Part shown: piece after piece, positions 27,240 through 40,345 of the stretch
Layout: the number at the start of each line of letters is the position of its first letter
How positions within the stretch are numbered: position 1 is the stretch's first letter
The notes under the pieces: generated by a model
Seen by the model: the letters and a program-made list of their open reading frames with translations, nothing else
Told to the model about the DNA's origin: nothing
Database searches by the model: none
Program-made: the position numbers and the translations under genes
Assembly: GCA_964016885.1 (NCBI GenBank)
Contig: OZ024746.1
Coordinates: 78,802,001 to 78,866,000 of the forward strand
Direction: 5' to 3'
Source of the DNA: Eledone cirrhosa
Taxonomy: Eukaryota
Length of the DNA stretch: 64,000 nucleotides

Positions 27240-29610
27240 GGGTGGTGGTAGTGGTGAGGGTTGTGATGATGGTGGTAGTGGTAGTGGTAGTGTTATTGGT
27301 GATGGTGGTGATGGTGGTAATGGTGGTAGTAATATTGTTGGTGGTAACGGTAGCGGTGGTAGTGGTAGTGGTAGTGTTATTGGTGATGGTGGTAATGGTG
27401 GTAGTAATATTGTTGGTGGTAACGGTAGCGGTGGTAGTGGTAGTGGTAGTGTTATTGGTGATGGTGATGATGGTGGTAATGGTGGTAGTAATATTGTTGG
27501 TGGTAACGGTAGCGGTGGTAGTGGTAGTGGTAGTGTTATTGGTGATGGTGGTAATGGTGGTAGTAATATTGTTGGTGGTAACGGTAGCGGTGGTAGTGGT
27601 AGTGGTAGTGTTATTGGTGATGGTGATGATGGTGGTAATGATGGTAGTAATATTGTTGGTGGTAACGGTAGCGGTGGTAGTGGTAGTGGTAGTGTTATTG
27701 GTGATGGTGATGATGGTGGTAATGGTGGTAGTAATATTGTTGGTGGTAACGGTAGCGGTGGTAGTGGTAGTGGTAGTGTTATTGGTGATGGTGGTGATGG
27801 TGGTAATGGTGGTAGTAATATTGTTGGTGGTAACGGTAGCGGTGGTAGTGGTAGTGGTAGTAGTGGTAGTGTCATTGATGATGGTAGTGGTGGTAATGGT
27901 GGTAGTAATAGTGGTGGTAGTGATGTTGTTATTGTTGGTGGTAACGGTAGCGGTGGTAGTGGTAGTAGTGGTAGTAGTGGTACTAGCTGTGGTAGTGGTG
28001 GTAGTGGTAGTAGTGGTACTAGCTGTGGTAGCGGTGGTAGTGGTAGTAGTGGTACTAGCTGTGGTAGCGGTGGTAGTGGTAGTAGTGGTACTAGCTGTGG
28101 TAGTGGTGGTAGGGGTAGTAGTGGTACTAGCTGTGGTAGCGGTGGTAGTGGTAGTAGTGGTACTAGCTGTGGTAGCGGTGGTAGTGGTAGTAGTGGTACT
28201 AGCTGTGGTAGTGGTGGTAGGGGTAGTAGTGGTACTAGCTGTGGTAGCGGTGGTAGTGGTAGTAGTGGTACTAGCTGTGGTAGTGGTGGTAGGGGTAGTA
28301 GTGGTACTAGCTGTGGTAGCGGTGGTAGTGGTAGTAGTGGTACTAGCTGTGGTAGCGGTGGTAGTGGTAGTAGTGGTACTAGCTGTGGTAGTGGTGGTAG
28401 GGGTAGTAGTGGTACTAGCTGTGGTAGCGGTGGTAGTGGTAGTAGTGGTACTAGCTGTGGTAGCGGTGGTAGTGGTAGTAGTGGTACTAGCTGTGGTAGT
28501 GGTGGTAGGGGTAGTAGTGGTACTAGCTGTGGTAGCGGTGGTAGTGGTAGTAGTGGTACTAGCTGTGGTAGTGGTGGTAGGGGTAGTAGTGGTACTAGCT
28601 GTGGTAGCGGTGGTAGTGGTAGTAGTGGTACTAGCTGTGGTAGTGGTGGTAGGGGTAGTAGTGGTACTAGCTGTGGTAGCGGTGGTAGTGGTAGTAGTGG
28701 TACTAGCTGTGGTAGCGGTGGTAGTGGTAGTAGTGGTACTAGCTGTGGTAGTGGTGGTAGGGGTAGTAGTGGTACTAGCTGTGGTAGCGGTGGTAGTGGT
28801 AGTAGTGGTACTAGCTGTGGTAGCGGTGGTAGTGGTAGTAGTGGTACTAGCTGTGGTAGTGGTGGTAGGGGTAGTAGTGGTACTAGCTGTGGTAGCGGTG
28901 GTAGTGGTAGTAGTGGTACTAGCTGTGGTAGCGGTGGTAGTGGTAGTAGTGGTACTAGCTGTGGTAGCGGTGGTAGTGGTAGTAGTGGTACTAGCTGTGG
29001 TAGCGGTGGTAGTGGTAGTAGTGGTACTAGCTGTGGTAGCGGTGGTAGTGGTAGTAGTGGTACTAGCTGTGGTAGCGGTGGTAGTGGTAGTAGTGGTACT
29101 AGCTGTGGTAGCGGTGGTAGTGGTAGTAGTGGTACTAGCTGTGGTAGCGGTGGTAGTGGTAGTAGTGGTACTAGCTGTGGTAGCGGTGGTAGTGGTAGTA
29201 GTGGTACTAGCTGTGGTAGTGGTGGTAGGGGTAGTAGTGGTACTAGCTGTGGTAGCGGTGGTAGGGGTAGTAGTGGTACTAGCTGTGGTAGCGGTGGTAG
29301 TGGTAGTAGTGGTACTAGCTGTGGTAGTGGTGGTAGTGGTAGTGGTGGTACTAGCTGTGGTAGCGGTGGTAGTGGTAGTAGTGGTACTAGCTGTGGTAGC
29401 GGTGGTAGTGGTAGTAGTGGTAGTAGCTGTGGTAGTGGTGGTAGTGGTAGTAGTGGTAGTAGCTGTGGTAGCGGTGGTAGTGGTAGTGGTGGTACTAGCT
29501 GTGGTAGCGGTGGTAGTGGTAGTAGTGGTACTAGCTGTGGTAGCGGTGGTAGTGGTAGTGGTGGTACTAGCTGTGGTAGTGGTGGTAGTGGTAGTAGTGG
29601 TAGTAGCTGG
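27240..29610. repeat. GGT-rich minisatellites: 75-84-bp units (27270-27960) then a 36-bp unit, about 45 copies
   Basis: AGCTGT recurs at 28021 and 28057; 12-aa periodicity in the ORF track. Confidence 0.95.
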
Positions 29611-30334
29611 AGCGTGAAAGTTTTTGGTGATGGTGTCGGTGGTGGCAATGGTGTTAGTGATGGTTGTAGTGGTGTGGGTGGAAGGGAATGTGTTAGATTC
29701 GCTTCACCGATTAATCGGGTAGCGCTAAATCTGTTATCGCTTTAATCAATAAGCTGAAACACGTACAAGATCGATTGGCAATAGGCATCGATGATTAGTA
29801 ATCCAGTGGTTGGTTTCGTTAAAGTGGTTGGCTGTCTGTTGTTGTTGTTGTTGTTGCTGTGGTTGTTATTGTTGTTGTTGTTGTTGTTTTTGTTTAACCG
29901 CAGGTTAGCTCTGATTGAACAGGCTCACCGATTAAAGGAATTCCAGTCATGACCATCCCGTCGTTTTTGTATATCGTAGTCTTCACTTCATTGTCCAACC
30001 TGTCTTTCTCCATCTTATGATGACCATGTGTGGTTCGAGGGAGACTTGGCTGCTGTTTCTTAAGACACCAAATATTAACTTTAGCAGTCACCCTGCCGGG
30101 ATTTATAAAAGTACAAGTCAGGTTCAGGAGTTGATTTAATCGACTGATACAGGCGTCTCTTCGACAGAATCTTCTAGTTTTGTGCTCTTTGCGATTTGAG
30201 GCATGCTTAAGGTAGAAAACCCAAGTGGCCACAATATTCGTGTGAGGACCAGCAACCTCGAAGTAATTAATATAAGCTTTGAAATACATAATGATTGAAT
30301 AACGCAACACAAATCTTATTATTAACGGGTGATG

Positions 30335-30525
30335 AGGGCGGCGGATTGGCCGTATCGGTAGAGGGTCGGACGCCTTGCTTTGACGCATAGAGTTACGGCC
30401 CTTGCCATTCTGAGTTCAAATCCCGCCCGAGGTTAACTTTGCCTTTCATCCTTACGAGGTCGATAAAATAAAGTACCAGTAATGTACTGGGTAATTTGTC
30501 GGCCTTGTGCCAAAAGTAGAAACAA
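30335..30525 (+). mobile_element. tRNA-derived SINE
   Basis: GGCGGCGGATTGGCCGTATCGGTAGAG...GAGTTCAAATCCCGCC...GCCTTTCATCCTTACGAGGTCGATAAAATAAAGTACCAG...GGCCTTGTGCCAAAAGTAGAAAC. Confidence 0.9.
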
Positions 30526-30769
30526 TTATTAACGGGTTATGGGGGGGGGGAGGGTTATCTGTCGTTGTACATGACACAAAATGACAGATGATGCTCATTA
30601 CTAGATATCATATAGGACCCCATTGAAGGCTTTGCTGCTACTGCTGCTACTGCTGCTACTGCTGCTATTGTTGTTGCTGTTGTTGTTGATGAAAGTTAAT
30701 ACCTATGTCAGTCTAGCTGGCCTCATATGAGTTTGCATCTCCTAGGAGGGTTCTCGAGTACTTTAATGA

Positions 30770-31008
30770 TAGGAGATCCAGCCCTATCATTAAACCTCTG
30801 GATCGGACGCCAGTCCATTGCTGGAGTTAACCCTCAGCTGCTGCTGCTGCTTGTGGTACTCATTTTTTCCGAGCTGCGAAAACTGGGGTAGCGTGAAATG
30901 GAAAACGTTTTACTCAAGAACACACAGCATTACCCGGTCCAGGAAACGAATTCCTGACCTTATGATTGTGACCCCCAACACCCTAACCACTAGACCACGC
31001 ACCTTTAC
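30770..31008 (-). mobile_element. tRNA-headed SINE, GTGAAGG family
   Basis: Ends CCCTAACCACTAGACCACGCACCTTTAC (reverse complement of a tRNA-like head); similar to 33945-34078. Confidence 0.7.
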
Positions 31009-32171
31009 TGAGAGCCTCATCATCATACAATATATCCAGGTAGGATATTTGAGTAGGATCTTCCCAGCTTAAATAAATCCAGACATGACTTCGCTATTGC
31101 AAACTCTACACTGCACAAGTGCATTCCACAGTGGAGATTTTGTATTTTGTCATTGCTTTGCTTCGGTTTAGTCCTCATTGAGCAGGCTTAGTCACAAAAG
31201 GCATTCATCCCATGACCATCCCGTATTTATTCAAACATAGAGTACCCCATCTAGATTATTCAAAGCCTGTTCTAAGCTTCATGTTGTATAACTCTTAACT
31301 CCAAGTCAGCCCTTATCAAACAAACCTATGATTAAAGACTTTCCTGTTTTGACCGCCCTGTCATTTTAGTGGTATTTGAAGCAGGTCAACCATGATATAG
31401 GACAGACATGCAACCCTTTACAAGCACACCTGCGGCCCACACAGAGGTTTTTTTTACAGCGGGAGCGTAATATAAACTAAACAATATTAGTTGTGATGTG
31501 GGCAATTAGTTGTCATGTGTGGGTCTCAGACAATACATATGTGACCCATGTGGCCCTCGGGAGATCCTCAGTTTGATATGCCTGATTTAGAAGATCTGTG
31601 ACCAAAGACATACCAACTGTGACCATCCCGTCATTTGTTTTCAGGTTTTGGGTATATCGATTTACATTATTCAGATGTGCCAACTTTTCTAGAGTCGGCG
31701 GTCGAGGGTGGTGAGGTGATTTAAAGGGGGATTTGATTGCTATTTGTAGCACATTGAGTGATCATCAAAGGAGTCCATCAGAGTTGACTTTAGTGACGGC
31801 TGGCGCTTGGGTATTTAGCGCCTTATGCTAGCTCTACAAGGTCCACGTTTTCTTTCTTTCAGTTAGGCGTCCCATTCTCCCCGAAATAAAATAATTTCAA
31901 CATACAGTTTAGTAAGCTGATAAACCTAATTTTGAACACTTCTTGCTCTAACCACACTAAGGTACGACGCTCTACCGATACTGCCAATCCAGGGCCCTAA
32001 GGACAATGATATTAATAAAATTATCATTGTCTGTTGCCCGGATGTCTTTGTTATTCCCCTTTCATTGGAATAACATCTTCATTCGTAGTAATCACCACTT
32101 CCCCTTATTCAAACACATCTTTCCCTCTCCCACCCTCTCTCACACTATCTCTCTCCCTCTCTCTTTCTCTT

Positions 32172-32256
<85 letters not shown>

Positions 32257-32504
32257 ATCTCTCCCTCTATCTATCTATCGTTCTCCCTGTCACTCACACC
32301 ACATCTCTCCCTTTCTATCTATCTTTCTCTCTGTCTCTCTTGCTATTTTCTCGCCTTCATATTTCTCCCTCTCCCCTCTCTCTCTTTCTCTCTCTCTCAC
32401 TATCTCTATCACTCTTTCCCTCTCTCTTTCTCTGTCTCTTTCTCACACACTCTTTCTCTCTGTTTCCTGTCTCTCTTATCATCATTATCCTCCTCCTCAT
32501 CATC

Positions 32505-32535
<31 letters not shown>

Positions 32536-32627
32536 TTATCTATCTATCTATCTATCTACTTTTTGTTTTGACTCCCTCACCATCTCTCTTCCTCTATCGC
32601 TATCTCTCTATTTATTTCTGCCTCTCT

Positions 32628-32682
<55 letters not shown>

Positions 32683-32942
32683 TATCTCACAATCTCTCCC
32701 CCCCCCCTCCCTCATCTGGCCAGCCCTCTCCCATATTTTGTGTTTTTCATGTTGTCCGCCATTTTACCTCCATCCCCAATCCACATCCAAGGATGTCCGT
32801 TAGCATGCCAGTAATTAATTTTCACTTAAATAACATCGACTTTTCACTCCTCCCCCCCTCTTCCTCCTCCTCGTCCTCCTCGTCCTCCTCCTCCTCCTCG
32901 TCCTCCTCCTCCTCCTCCTCCTCCTCCTCCTCCTCCTCCTCC

Positions 32943-32996
<54 letters not shown>

Positions 32997-33054
32997 CAAA
33001 AATTCTCTGCCTCTTCACTCTTCTTCCACCACTGTCCTCTATCTCTCCTTTCTC

Positions 33055-33122
<68 letters not shown>

Positions 33123-33150
33123 CATCTATCTATTTATCTATCTATCTATT

Positions 33151-33270
33151 GATGTCCAGAAATAGCCGTCGAAACGGCATGAGCTCTACCGTCGGGGTCT
33201 TGCCGTTTCGACAGACTTTTGAACTAGCTGTCGAAACAGCAAAAGCTCAGCTGCCGGGCGGCCTCGAATC

Positions 33271-33271
<1 letters not shown>
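33151..33271. mobile_element. Scrambled family A-related fragments (forward, inverted, forward)
   Basis: TAGCCGTCGAAACGGC..GAGCTCT.CCGTCGGGGTC, then GCCGTTTCGAC, then TAGCTGTCGAAACAGC..AAGCTCAGCTG. Confidence 0.65.
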
Positions 33272-33329
<58 letters not shown>

Positions 33330-33555
33330 AGGAACGAGTAGGACCCCGACGGCTGAGCTCAAGCTGAGCTCAAGCCGTTTCGACGGCTAGTTCTGGACTA
33401 AAATTTTAGTCCAGAATTAGCCGTCGAAACAGCTTGAGCTCAGCTTGAGCTCAGCCGTCGGGGTCCTACTCGTTCCTATTACCCACTCTACTACCCTAAG
33501 TATTGAGTACTTTGGTGCGTTATGGTCCACCTGGTTCCTTACCACATTTCCTTCG

Positions 33556-33558
<3 letters not shown>
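33330..33558. mobile_element. Family A palindromic element with an 11-nt duplication in both arms
   Basis: Arms meet at GGACTAAAA|TTTTAGTCC; GCTGAGCTCAA is duplicated in both arms; tail TATTGAGTAC...CTTCGTTA-(TA)n. Confidence 0.85.
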
Positions 33559-33592
<34 letters not shown>

Positions 33593-33595
<3 letters not shown>

Positions 33596-33781
33596 TAATA
33601 AAAACAATGAAATAAAAACAAAGAACAAGTTCTTTATACTAAAAAAAAATCATCATTTTACGATCGTTTCTGGGATGTATATGTGTGTTGGTATGTATAT
33701 CATATAGATCTATGTAAAAATATTACAAATTATCAGAGGAAATATACATACCTTCACATATACATGCTGTCTTCAGAAATG
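33593..33781 (-). mobile_element. Family B single short arm containing a complete hammerhead motif (33654-33781)
   Basis: Near-identical to the reverse complement of 26122-26307: CATTT-CTGAAGA-long stem II-GAAA-CGATCG-TA/AAATG. Confidence 0.8.
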
Positions 33782-33944
33782 TATGTATATATATATATAT
33801 GTATATATATATACATACATATATATATATATATATATACATATATACATATATATAGAAAGACGATCGACTTTCGTCAAATCGGACCGAGGGAACAATG
33901 TTTCCGTTGGTCTTTCCAATTGCTAATACTATCTATCGGTCGCA

Positions 33945-34078
33945 ACTCCAGGTAGAAGGAGCAACGTGAAATAAAGTGTCTTGCTCAAGGACATAACGCA
34001 TCGCCTGGTCCAGGAATCGAACTCGCAACCTTACGATTGCGAATCCAATTCTCTAACCACTCAGCCACACGCCTTCAC
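33945..34078 (-). mobile_element. tRNA-headed SINE 5' portion
   Basis: Minus strand GTGAAGGCGTGTGGCTGAGTGGTTAGAG (A-box)...GAGTTCGATTCC (B-box)...GTCCTTGAGCAAGACACTTTATTTCAC. Confidence 0.85.
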
Positions 34079-34151
34079 TATATATATATATATGTATATA
34101 TATATACATATATACATATACATATATATACATATATACATATATATATAC

Positions 34152-34517
<366 letters not shown>

Positions 34518-34554
34518 AAATCCTGGTTTGTTTATTATTCCGATGGAATTACTT

Positions 34555-34588
<34 letters not shown>

Positions 34589-34595
<7 letters not shown>

Positions 34596-35291
34596 AAAAA
34601 GGGATGAAATCGAAAATGCAACTGAAGTCTTATTTTTAAAAAAATATATATATTTATTTGGTTCATGGCATATTCAGCTGGCCATATTCACTGAACCAGA
34701 ACATTTCTCCCAATCCCTTTTCCCTTGACCACTATCTCTCCATTGTCATAACATTCACTATAGACTACAGAATAGTTTTCCAAATAAGGGCGCAAAAATG
34801 TAATGAAAACTTGTTCACGTGACAGCCAAATTTCCTTTATAACCAACCAAAAAAAAGCCTTCGTGAGCCTCATTTTTTCAAGTAAAAAGAAATTCAAACA
34901 CTCATATATGAAAAACAACCTGTGACAACCCCCCCCCCCCCTCTCTTATTTGAAGAACTATTGTAACGCGAACTGGCGCGAAATTTATTATAATTATTGA
35001 CAAACCAATCAAATTACTTCTCGAAAAACCTGGTTTTCGAGCCAGTTTTTCCATATAAAACAAGTAACATTTAGAGACCAACCAGATGTGAGAAAAAACC
35101 ACAGACCCTCCATCTCAACTCACCTTTTGAAAAGCAGAAGAACTGCGAAACCGGTAAAGGAACCAAATAAATATATATATTTTTTTAAAAATAAGACTTC
35201 AGTTGCATTTTCGATTTCATCCCTTTTTCTTTATACTTCCACTCGTGTAGGACACCTCGGTTATTTTTCATTTTGTAAAAAAAAACCTCAC

Positions 35292-35298
<7 letters not shown>
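34589..35298 (+). mobile_element. Family D PLE-like element: 76-bp perfect inverted repeats, hammerhead and ~60-nt tail, in (TA)n
   Basis: 34589-34664 is the exact reverse complement of 35160-35235. The right copy follows directly after a hammerhead and continues into a unique tail. Confidence 0.75.
35123..35160 (+). ncRNA. Minimal type I hammerhead with decayed core (TTGAAAA for CTGAAGA)
   Basis: CCTT-TTGAAAA-GCAG-aagaa-CTGC-GAAA-CCGG-TA/AAGG. Perfect stems I and II, palindromic CCGG loop III. Confidence 0.7.
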
Positions 35299-35344
<46 letters not shown>

Positions 35345-35566
35345 CCTATCTATTTGCCTGTCTCTCCCTCTAATTCTCCTTTTCCTCTGATTTTCTCAGG
35401 AGCATTTTCCTTTTTTTGATTATCTCCCTTACTCGATATTCTGTCCTTCTAAACATTTCGTATTCCACCTTCCATTGCTCCACATCACCACTCCTATCAT
35501 AATCCTTATTTGTTTTGTCATCACCATCATCACCATCATCACCATCATTATCATAATAATAATAAC

Positions 35567-36110
35567 GGTTTCTGATTTAGGCACAAGGCCAGCAATTTTA
35601 GGGGAGGGGAAAATCGATCATAGCGACCCCAGTCCGTGACTGGTACTATATTTTATCGACCCCGAAAGGATGAAAAACAAAGTTAACCTCGACGGTATTT
35701 GAATTCAAAACGTAAAGGGCAATAACTCTATGCTGCAAAGCATGGTGCCTGATGCTCTACCGATACTGTCAATCCACCGCCCTACCAATAATAATAATTG
35801 TTTCTACTTTTGGCACAAGGCCAGCAATTAGTCAGTAGATTACTGGTACTTTAAATAATAATAATTGTTTCTACTTTTGGCACAAGGCCAGCAATTAGTC
35901 AGTAGATTACTGGTACTTTAAATAATAATAATTGTTTCTACTTTAGGCACAAGGCCAGCAATTACCCCAGTACATTACTGGTACTTTATGTTATCAACCT
36001 CGTAAGGATGAAAGGCAAAGTTAACCTCGGCGAGAGTTGAACTCGGAACGTAAAGGGACGTAACTCTATGCTGCAAAGCATGGCGTCTGACGCTCTACCG
36101 ATTCTGCCGA
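35567..36110 (-). mobile_element. Two tandem SINE copies, the second with a triplicated ~64-bp 3' end
   Basis: TTGTTTCTACTTT.GGCACAAGGCCAGCAATTA...TTACTGGTACTTTA occurs three times in 35798-35990. Confidence 0.85.
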
Positions 36111-37269
36111 TAATTTTTAACCACCACACGGACCCAGTATATTAGGGACAATACAAGGACAAAGACAACATTAGCATACTCACCTAAACCCCTTCTCTTC
36201 TTCCCCACCCTCCTGCTCTACTTCCTGCTCTACCTGCCCCCCTCCTCCTCCTCATCATCATCATCATCATTATCATCATCATCATTATTAATAGCAGCAA
36301 CCGATGCAGCATCATCAGCAGGGTCTGCACAAATATGTGCTCATCACTTTCATCATAAAGCCGTGGTGGTCATTACAATTAACAAGCTTGTCTTTCCCCC
36401 CCCCCCCCCCCCTCCTCCTTCTTCTCATCTTCCGCCTCCTTTTTCATGATCGTCATCATCACCATCATTCTCACCCCCCACAACCCCCACCCCACCACCA
36501 CCACCAACAACAACATCGTAAACTTTTGCTCATTTCCGAAACCTGATTCGTCTTATTTCCCGTTTTCTTTCTTTCTTTCTTTCTTTTCTTTCTTTCTTTC
36601 TTCTTTCTTCTTCTTTCTTTCCAGCCCTGTAAGCCATCCGTCTCAACTCTCCTGTTTCCCCACTTCACCTCCAACACTACCCCGTTTACCTTCTTCTCTC
36701 CGGCCACCTCTATCACCAACACCAACACCAACACCACCACCACAACTACTACCACCACCATCACCAGTACCAGCACAAGCAACACCACCAGTACCACCAC
36801 CACCATCACAATCACCACCACTATCACAACCAACGCCACCACCACTACGACGACGACCCAGCACCACCAGCACCACCAGCAGCAGTACCAGCACCAGCAG
36901 CATCATCACCACCACCACCACCACCACCACCACAATCACTGCCACCATCACAACCACCACCACTATCACAACCAACGCCACCACGACGACCACCACCACC
37001 ACCACGACGACGACCACCACCACCACCACCAGCATCACCAGCAGCAGTACCAGCACCAGCAGCATCACCACCACCACCACCACCATCACAATCACCACCA
37101 CCATCACAATCATCACCACCGCCACCACTATCTCTCTCCGTGGCATCGCCACCGCCACCACCGTTGCCGTCGTCGCCTCATAAATATTCATAAAAACCAG
37201 CAAAGCTGAAAATGAGAATGGAGTGTTATTTTCCAGCAAATCTCTCTTAATCTCTCCCTCCCTTACCCC

Positions 37270-37337
<68 letters not shown>

Positions 37338-37447
37338 CTCCCAAACACTACCTCTCTTTCTCTCTCACCTATCTCTCTTTTTCTTTCTCTCCATCTCGAC
37401 CCATCTTTCACTCCCTCTCTACCCCCTTTATTCCTCTCTCTCTCTCT

Positions 37448-37483
<36 letters not shown>

Positions 37484-37990
37484 TCTCTCTCTCTCTCTCC
37501 ATCTCTCTCTCTCTCCATCTCTCTCTCTCCAGCTTCTTCACGCTCTGCCGAACTCTCTCATTCGGAGGAATCATACAGATGAAGCGTGACCATTTATTTT
37601 AGCTAGGCACAACTCTTTCGGAACAACGACTTCTCTTACGTTGTAACACACACACACACACAGACACACATGCACACACATGCACACACACACAGACAGA
37701 CACACACACATGCACGCACACACACATGCACATACACACACAGACAGACAAAGACAGACACACACACATGTACGCACACACACACATGCACATAAACATG
37801 CACAGATAGACAGACATACATACACAAGCATACACACACACAGATATGTACACATACACACACACACATACACATACACACACAAGTGACATGCAGACAG
37901 ATGTACACACAGCCCACAGACATTCGCGCCATTTTACTGGTGCACGTTCTGTGCCACTGGTCGCTGATTTCAAACACCACCAGCACCATT

Positions 37991-38025
<35 letters not shown>

Positions 38026-38904
38026 GAGCGGCAAAATAACAACCACAACAATGACAAAAATAACAACAACAGCAGCAGCAGCAACCACCACAACAATGAC
38101 ACAAATAATAACAACAATTAGAACAACAACAACAACAACAACAGCAGCAGCAACAGCAACAACAACAACAATAATAACAACAACAACAACAGCAGCAACA
38201 GCAACAACAACAACAACAACAACAACAATAACAACAACAACAACATCAATGACAAAAATAATAAGAACAATTACAACAGCTACAATAACAATCACAACAA
38301 CGACAAAATGAATAGCAACAAAAACAACAACGACGACAACAGCAACTACAACAACAATGGCAAAAGCAACGAGAATGATGACAACAACAACAACAACAAC
38401 AACAACAATGACAACAACTACGACAACAACAACAACAACAACAGCAAAAACAACAACTACGACAACAACAATGACAAAAGCGACGAGAATGACGACAACA
38501 ACTACGACAACAACAATGACAAAAGCAACGAGAATGACGACAACAACTACAACAGCTGCAACAACAAGAGCAGCAATGACAACAACAACAACAATGACAA
38601 CAACAAGAGCAACGACAACATTAAGAAAGACAACAACAATAGTAACAACGACAACAATGACAAGAACAAAAAAACTAAACAAGAACAATAACAGCAAAAA
38701 TTAAAACAAAACAAAACAAATCAGGAGCAACAACAATGGCGACACTACAAAACATAGGGAAGGCGCATTGAATAATATAGTCCAATATAGACTATGTCTT
38801 TGATCATAGGCTAGTTCGATCATGGCTGAACTAGAGCTAATTAACAACAATAATAATTCCCCCACCATAACTATTCAGATTGCAAACACTTCCACCTCCA
38901 TCTA

Positions 38905-39085
38905 TGTGGTCTCTCGGCCTGCTAGAAATAGCAATCGAATCTATTTGAAATCATAATTCTCTGTCTTAATTTGGGCAATGTTGTCTCTATGTTGTCTATA
39001 TATAAAAAAAAAAGACGGGATGGTTACTGCTAGAACGCTTTTGTTCATAGGTCTGCTTCATCAAGTTAACCTTGAGCTAAACAAC
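38905..39085 (+). mobile_element. 3' part of a dispersed SINE-like repeat ending in (CAA)n; related pieces at ~11890, 25630, 29895, 31170, 31590, 48680
   Basis: Shared blocks CCTGCTAGAAATAGC, GACGGGATGGT, CATAGGTCTGC, GCTAAACAACAAC, or their reverse complements. Confidence 0.6.
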
Positions 39086-39094
39086 AACAACAAC

Positions 39095-39217
39095 AACACC
39101 TACTCCACAACCTAGCTTACCTCCACCTATCACAAGAAAACTCCACCAACAGCAGCAGCAGCAGTAGCAGCAGCAGCAGCAGCCAGCAACAACAGTAACA
39201 ACAGCAACAACAGCAGC

Positions 39218-39251
<34 letters not shown>

Positions 39252-39299
39252 CCTACTCCACAACCTAACTTACCTCCACCTATCACGAGAAAACTCCAC

Positions 39300-39331
<32 letters not shown>

Positions 39332-39461
39332 ACAACAGCAACAACAGCAGCAACCACAACAACAACAACAACAACAAAAACACCTACTCCACAACGTAGC
39401 TTTCCTCCACCTATCACGAGAAAACTCCAGCAACAGCAGCAGCAACAGCAACAATAACACC

Positions 39462-39493
<32 letters not shown>

Positions 39494-39770
39494 CACCACC
39501 ACCACCAACAACAACAACACCAACAACAACAACAAAACCACCACCACCTCACCACCACCAACAACAACAAAACCATCACCTCACCACCAACAACAACAAC
39601 AACAACAATACCACCACCTCACCACCACCAACAACAACAACAACAATAGCAGCAGCAACACCACCACCACCACCACGTCACCACCACCAACAACAACAAC
39701 ACCTACTCCACAACCTAGCTTACCTCCACCTATCACAAGAAAACTCCAGCAACAGCAACAACAACAACAC
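39095..39770. repeat. Four copies of a ~55-bp unit (ACACCTACTCCACAACCTAGCTTACCTCCACCTATCAC.AGAAAACTCCA) separated by (CAA/CAG/CAC)n
   Basis: Direct reading at ~39096, 39249, 39380, 39698. Confidence 0.85.
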
Positions 39771-40259
39771 GAGTGAATGTAAAATGAAAAAACTCAACTA
39801 AAACTAAAGTTGTCATTCGTAATCGAGAATGTCATGGCTGCCTGTACCATACCTTCATTAAAATGTTTTAAGTGTCCATGCGGTCGCGAGCGGAACCAGA
39901 CCTCCTATCGACCCTTCGTCTCTTGATATAGCAGAACATCTAGAATGTGACAGTTGGAAGGTGAGAGGGCAGCACCAGTACTGGGCTGCTCCTTTCTTTA
40001 TAGACCATAAAAGAGAGAAAAGAAAAGTGGACATCAACGGGATTTGAACTCAGGCAGAGACCCGGAACAAATATTCAACGCTTTAACGACTCTGCCAAAT
40101 CGACCGCCTAACGAGGCCGATGTACTATGTATTTAGTATGCAGAAGGCTACCCTAAGCTATTTTCCCTCCACCATACTGCTTAAAATAGAATGATTCGTT
40201 GGATAGATACATTATACGACGATCACTATTACAACAACCCATATCACTACCATTTCGAC

Positions 40260-40311
40260 CTCAACCACCACCGCCACCTTCAATGCAACCACCACCACCA
40301 CCACCACCACC

Positions 40312-40345
<34 letters not shown>

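Noticed and set aside
27155-29745. 835-aa Gly/Ser/Cys-rich ORF resembling a structural protein, plus overlapping poly-Val and Pro/Leu ORFs
   Set aside because: Several frames are open only because the 36-bp GGT-rich unit lacks stops. There is no ATG start, signal peptide or unique domain.
33945-34078. tRNA gene
   Set aside because: A and B boxes are present but continue into a SINE body shared by several copies, with no complete cloverleaf.
37500-37640. Possible exon after a (CT)n-CAG acceptor
   Set aside because: The pyrimidine tract is a microsatellite; frames are short with no recognisable homology or clear donor.
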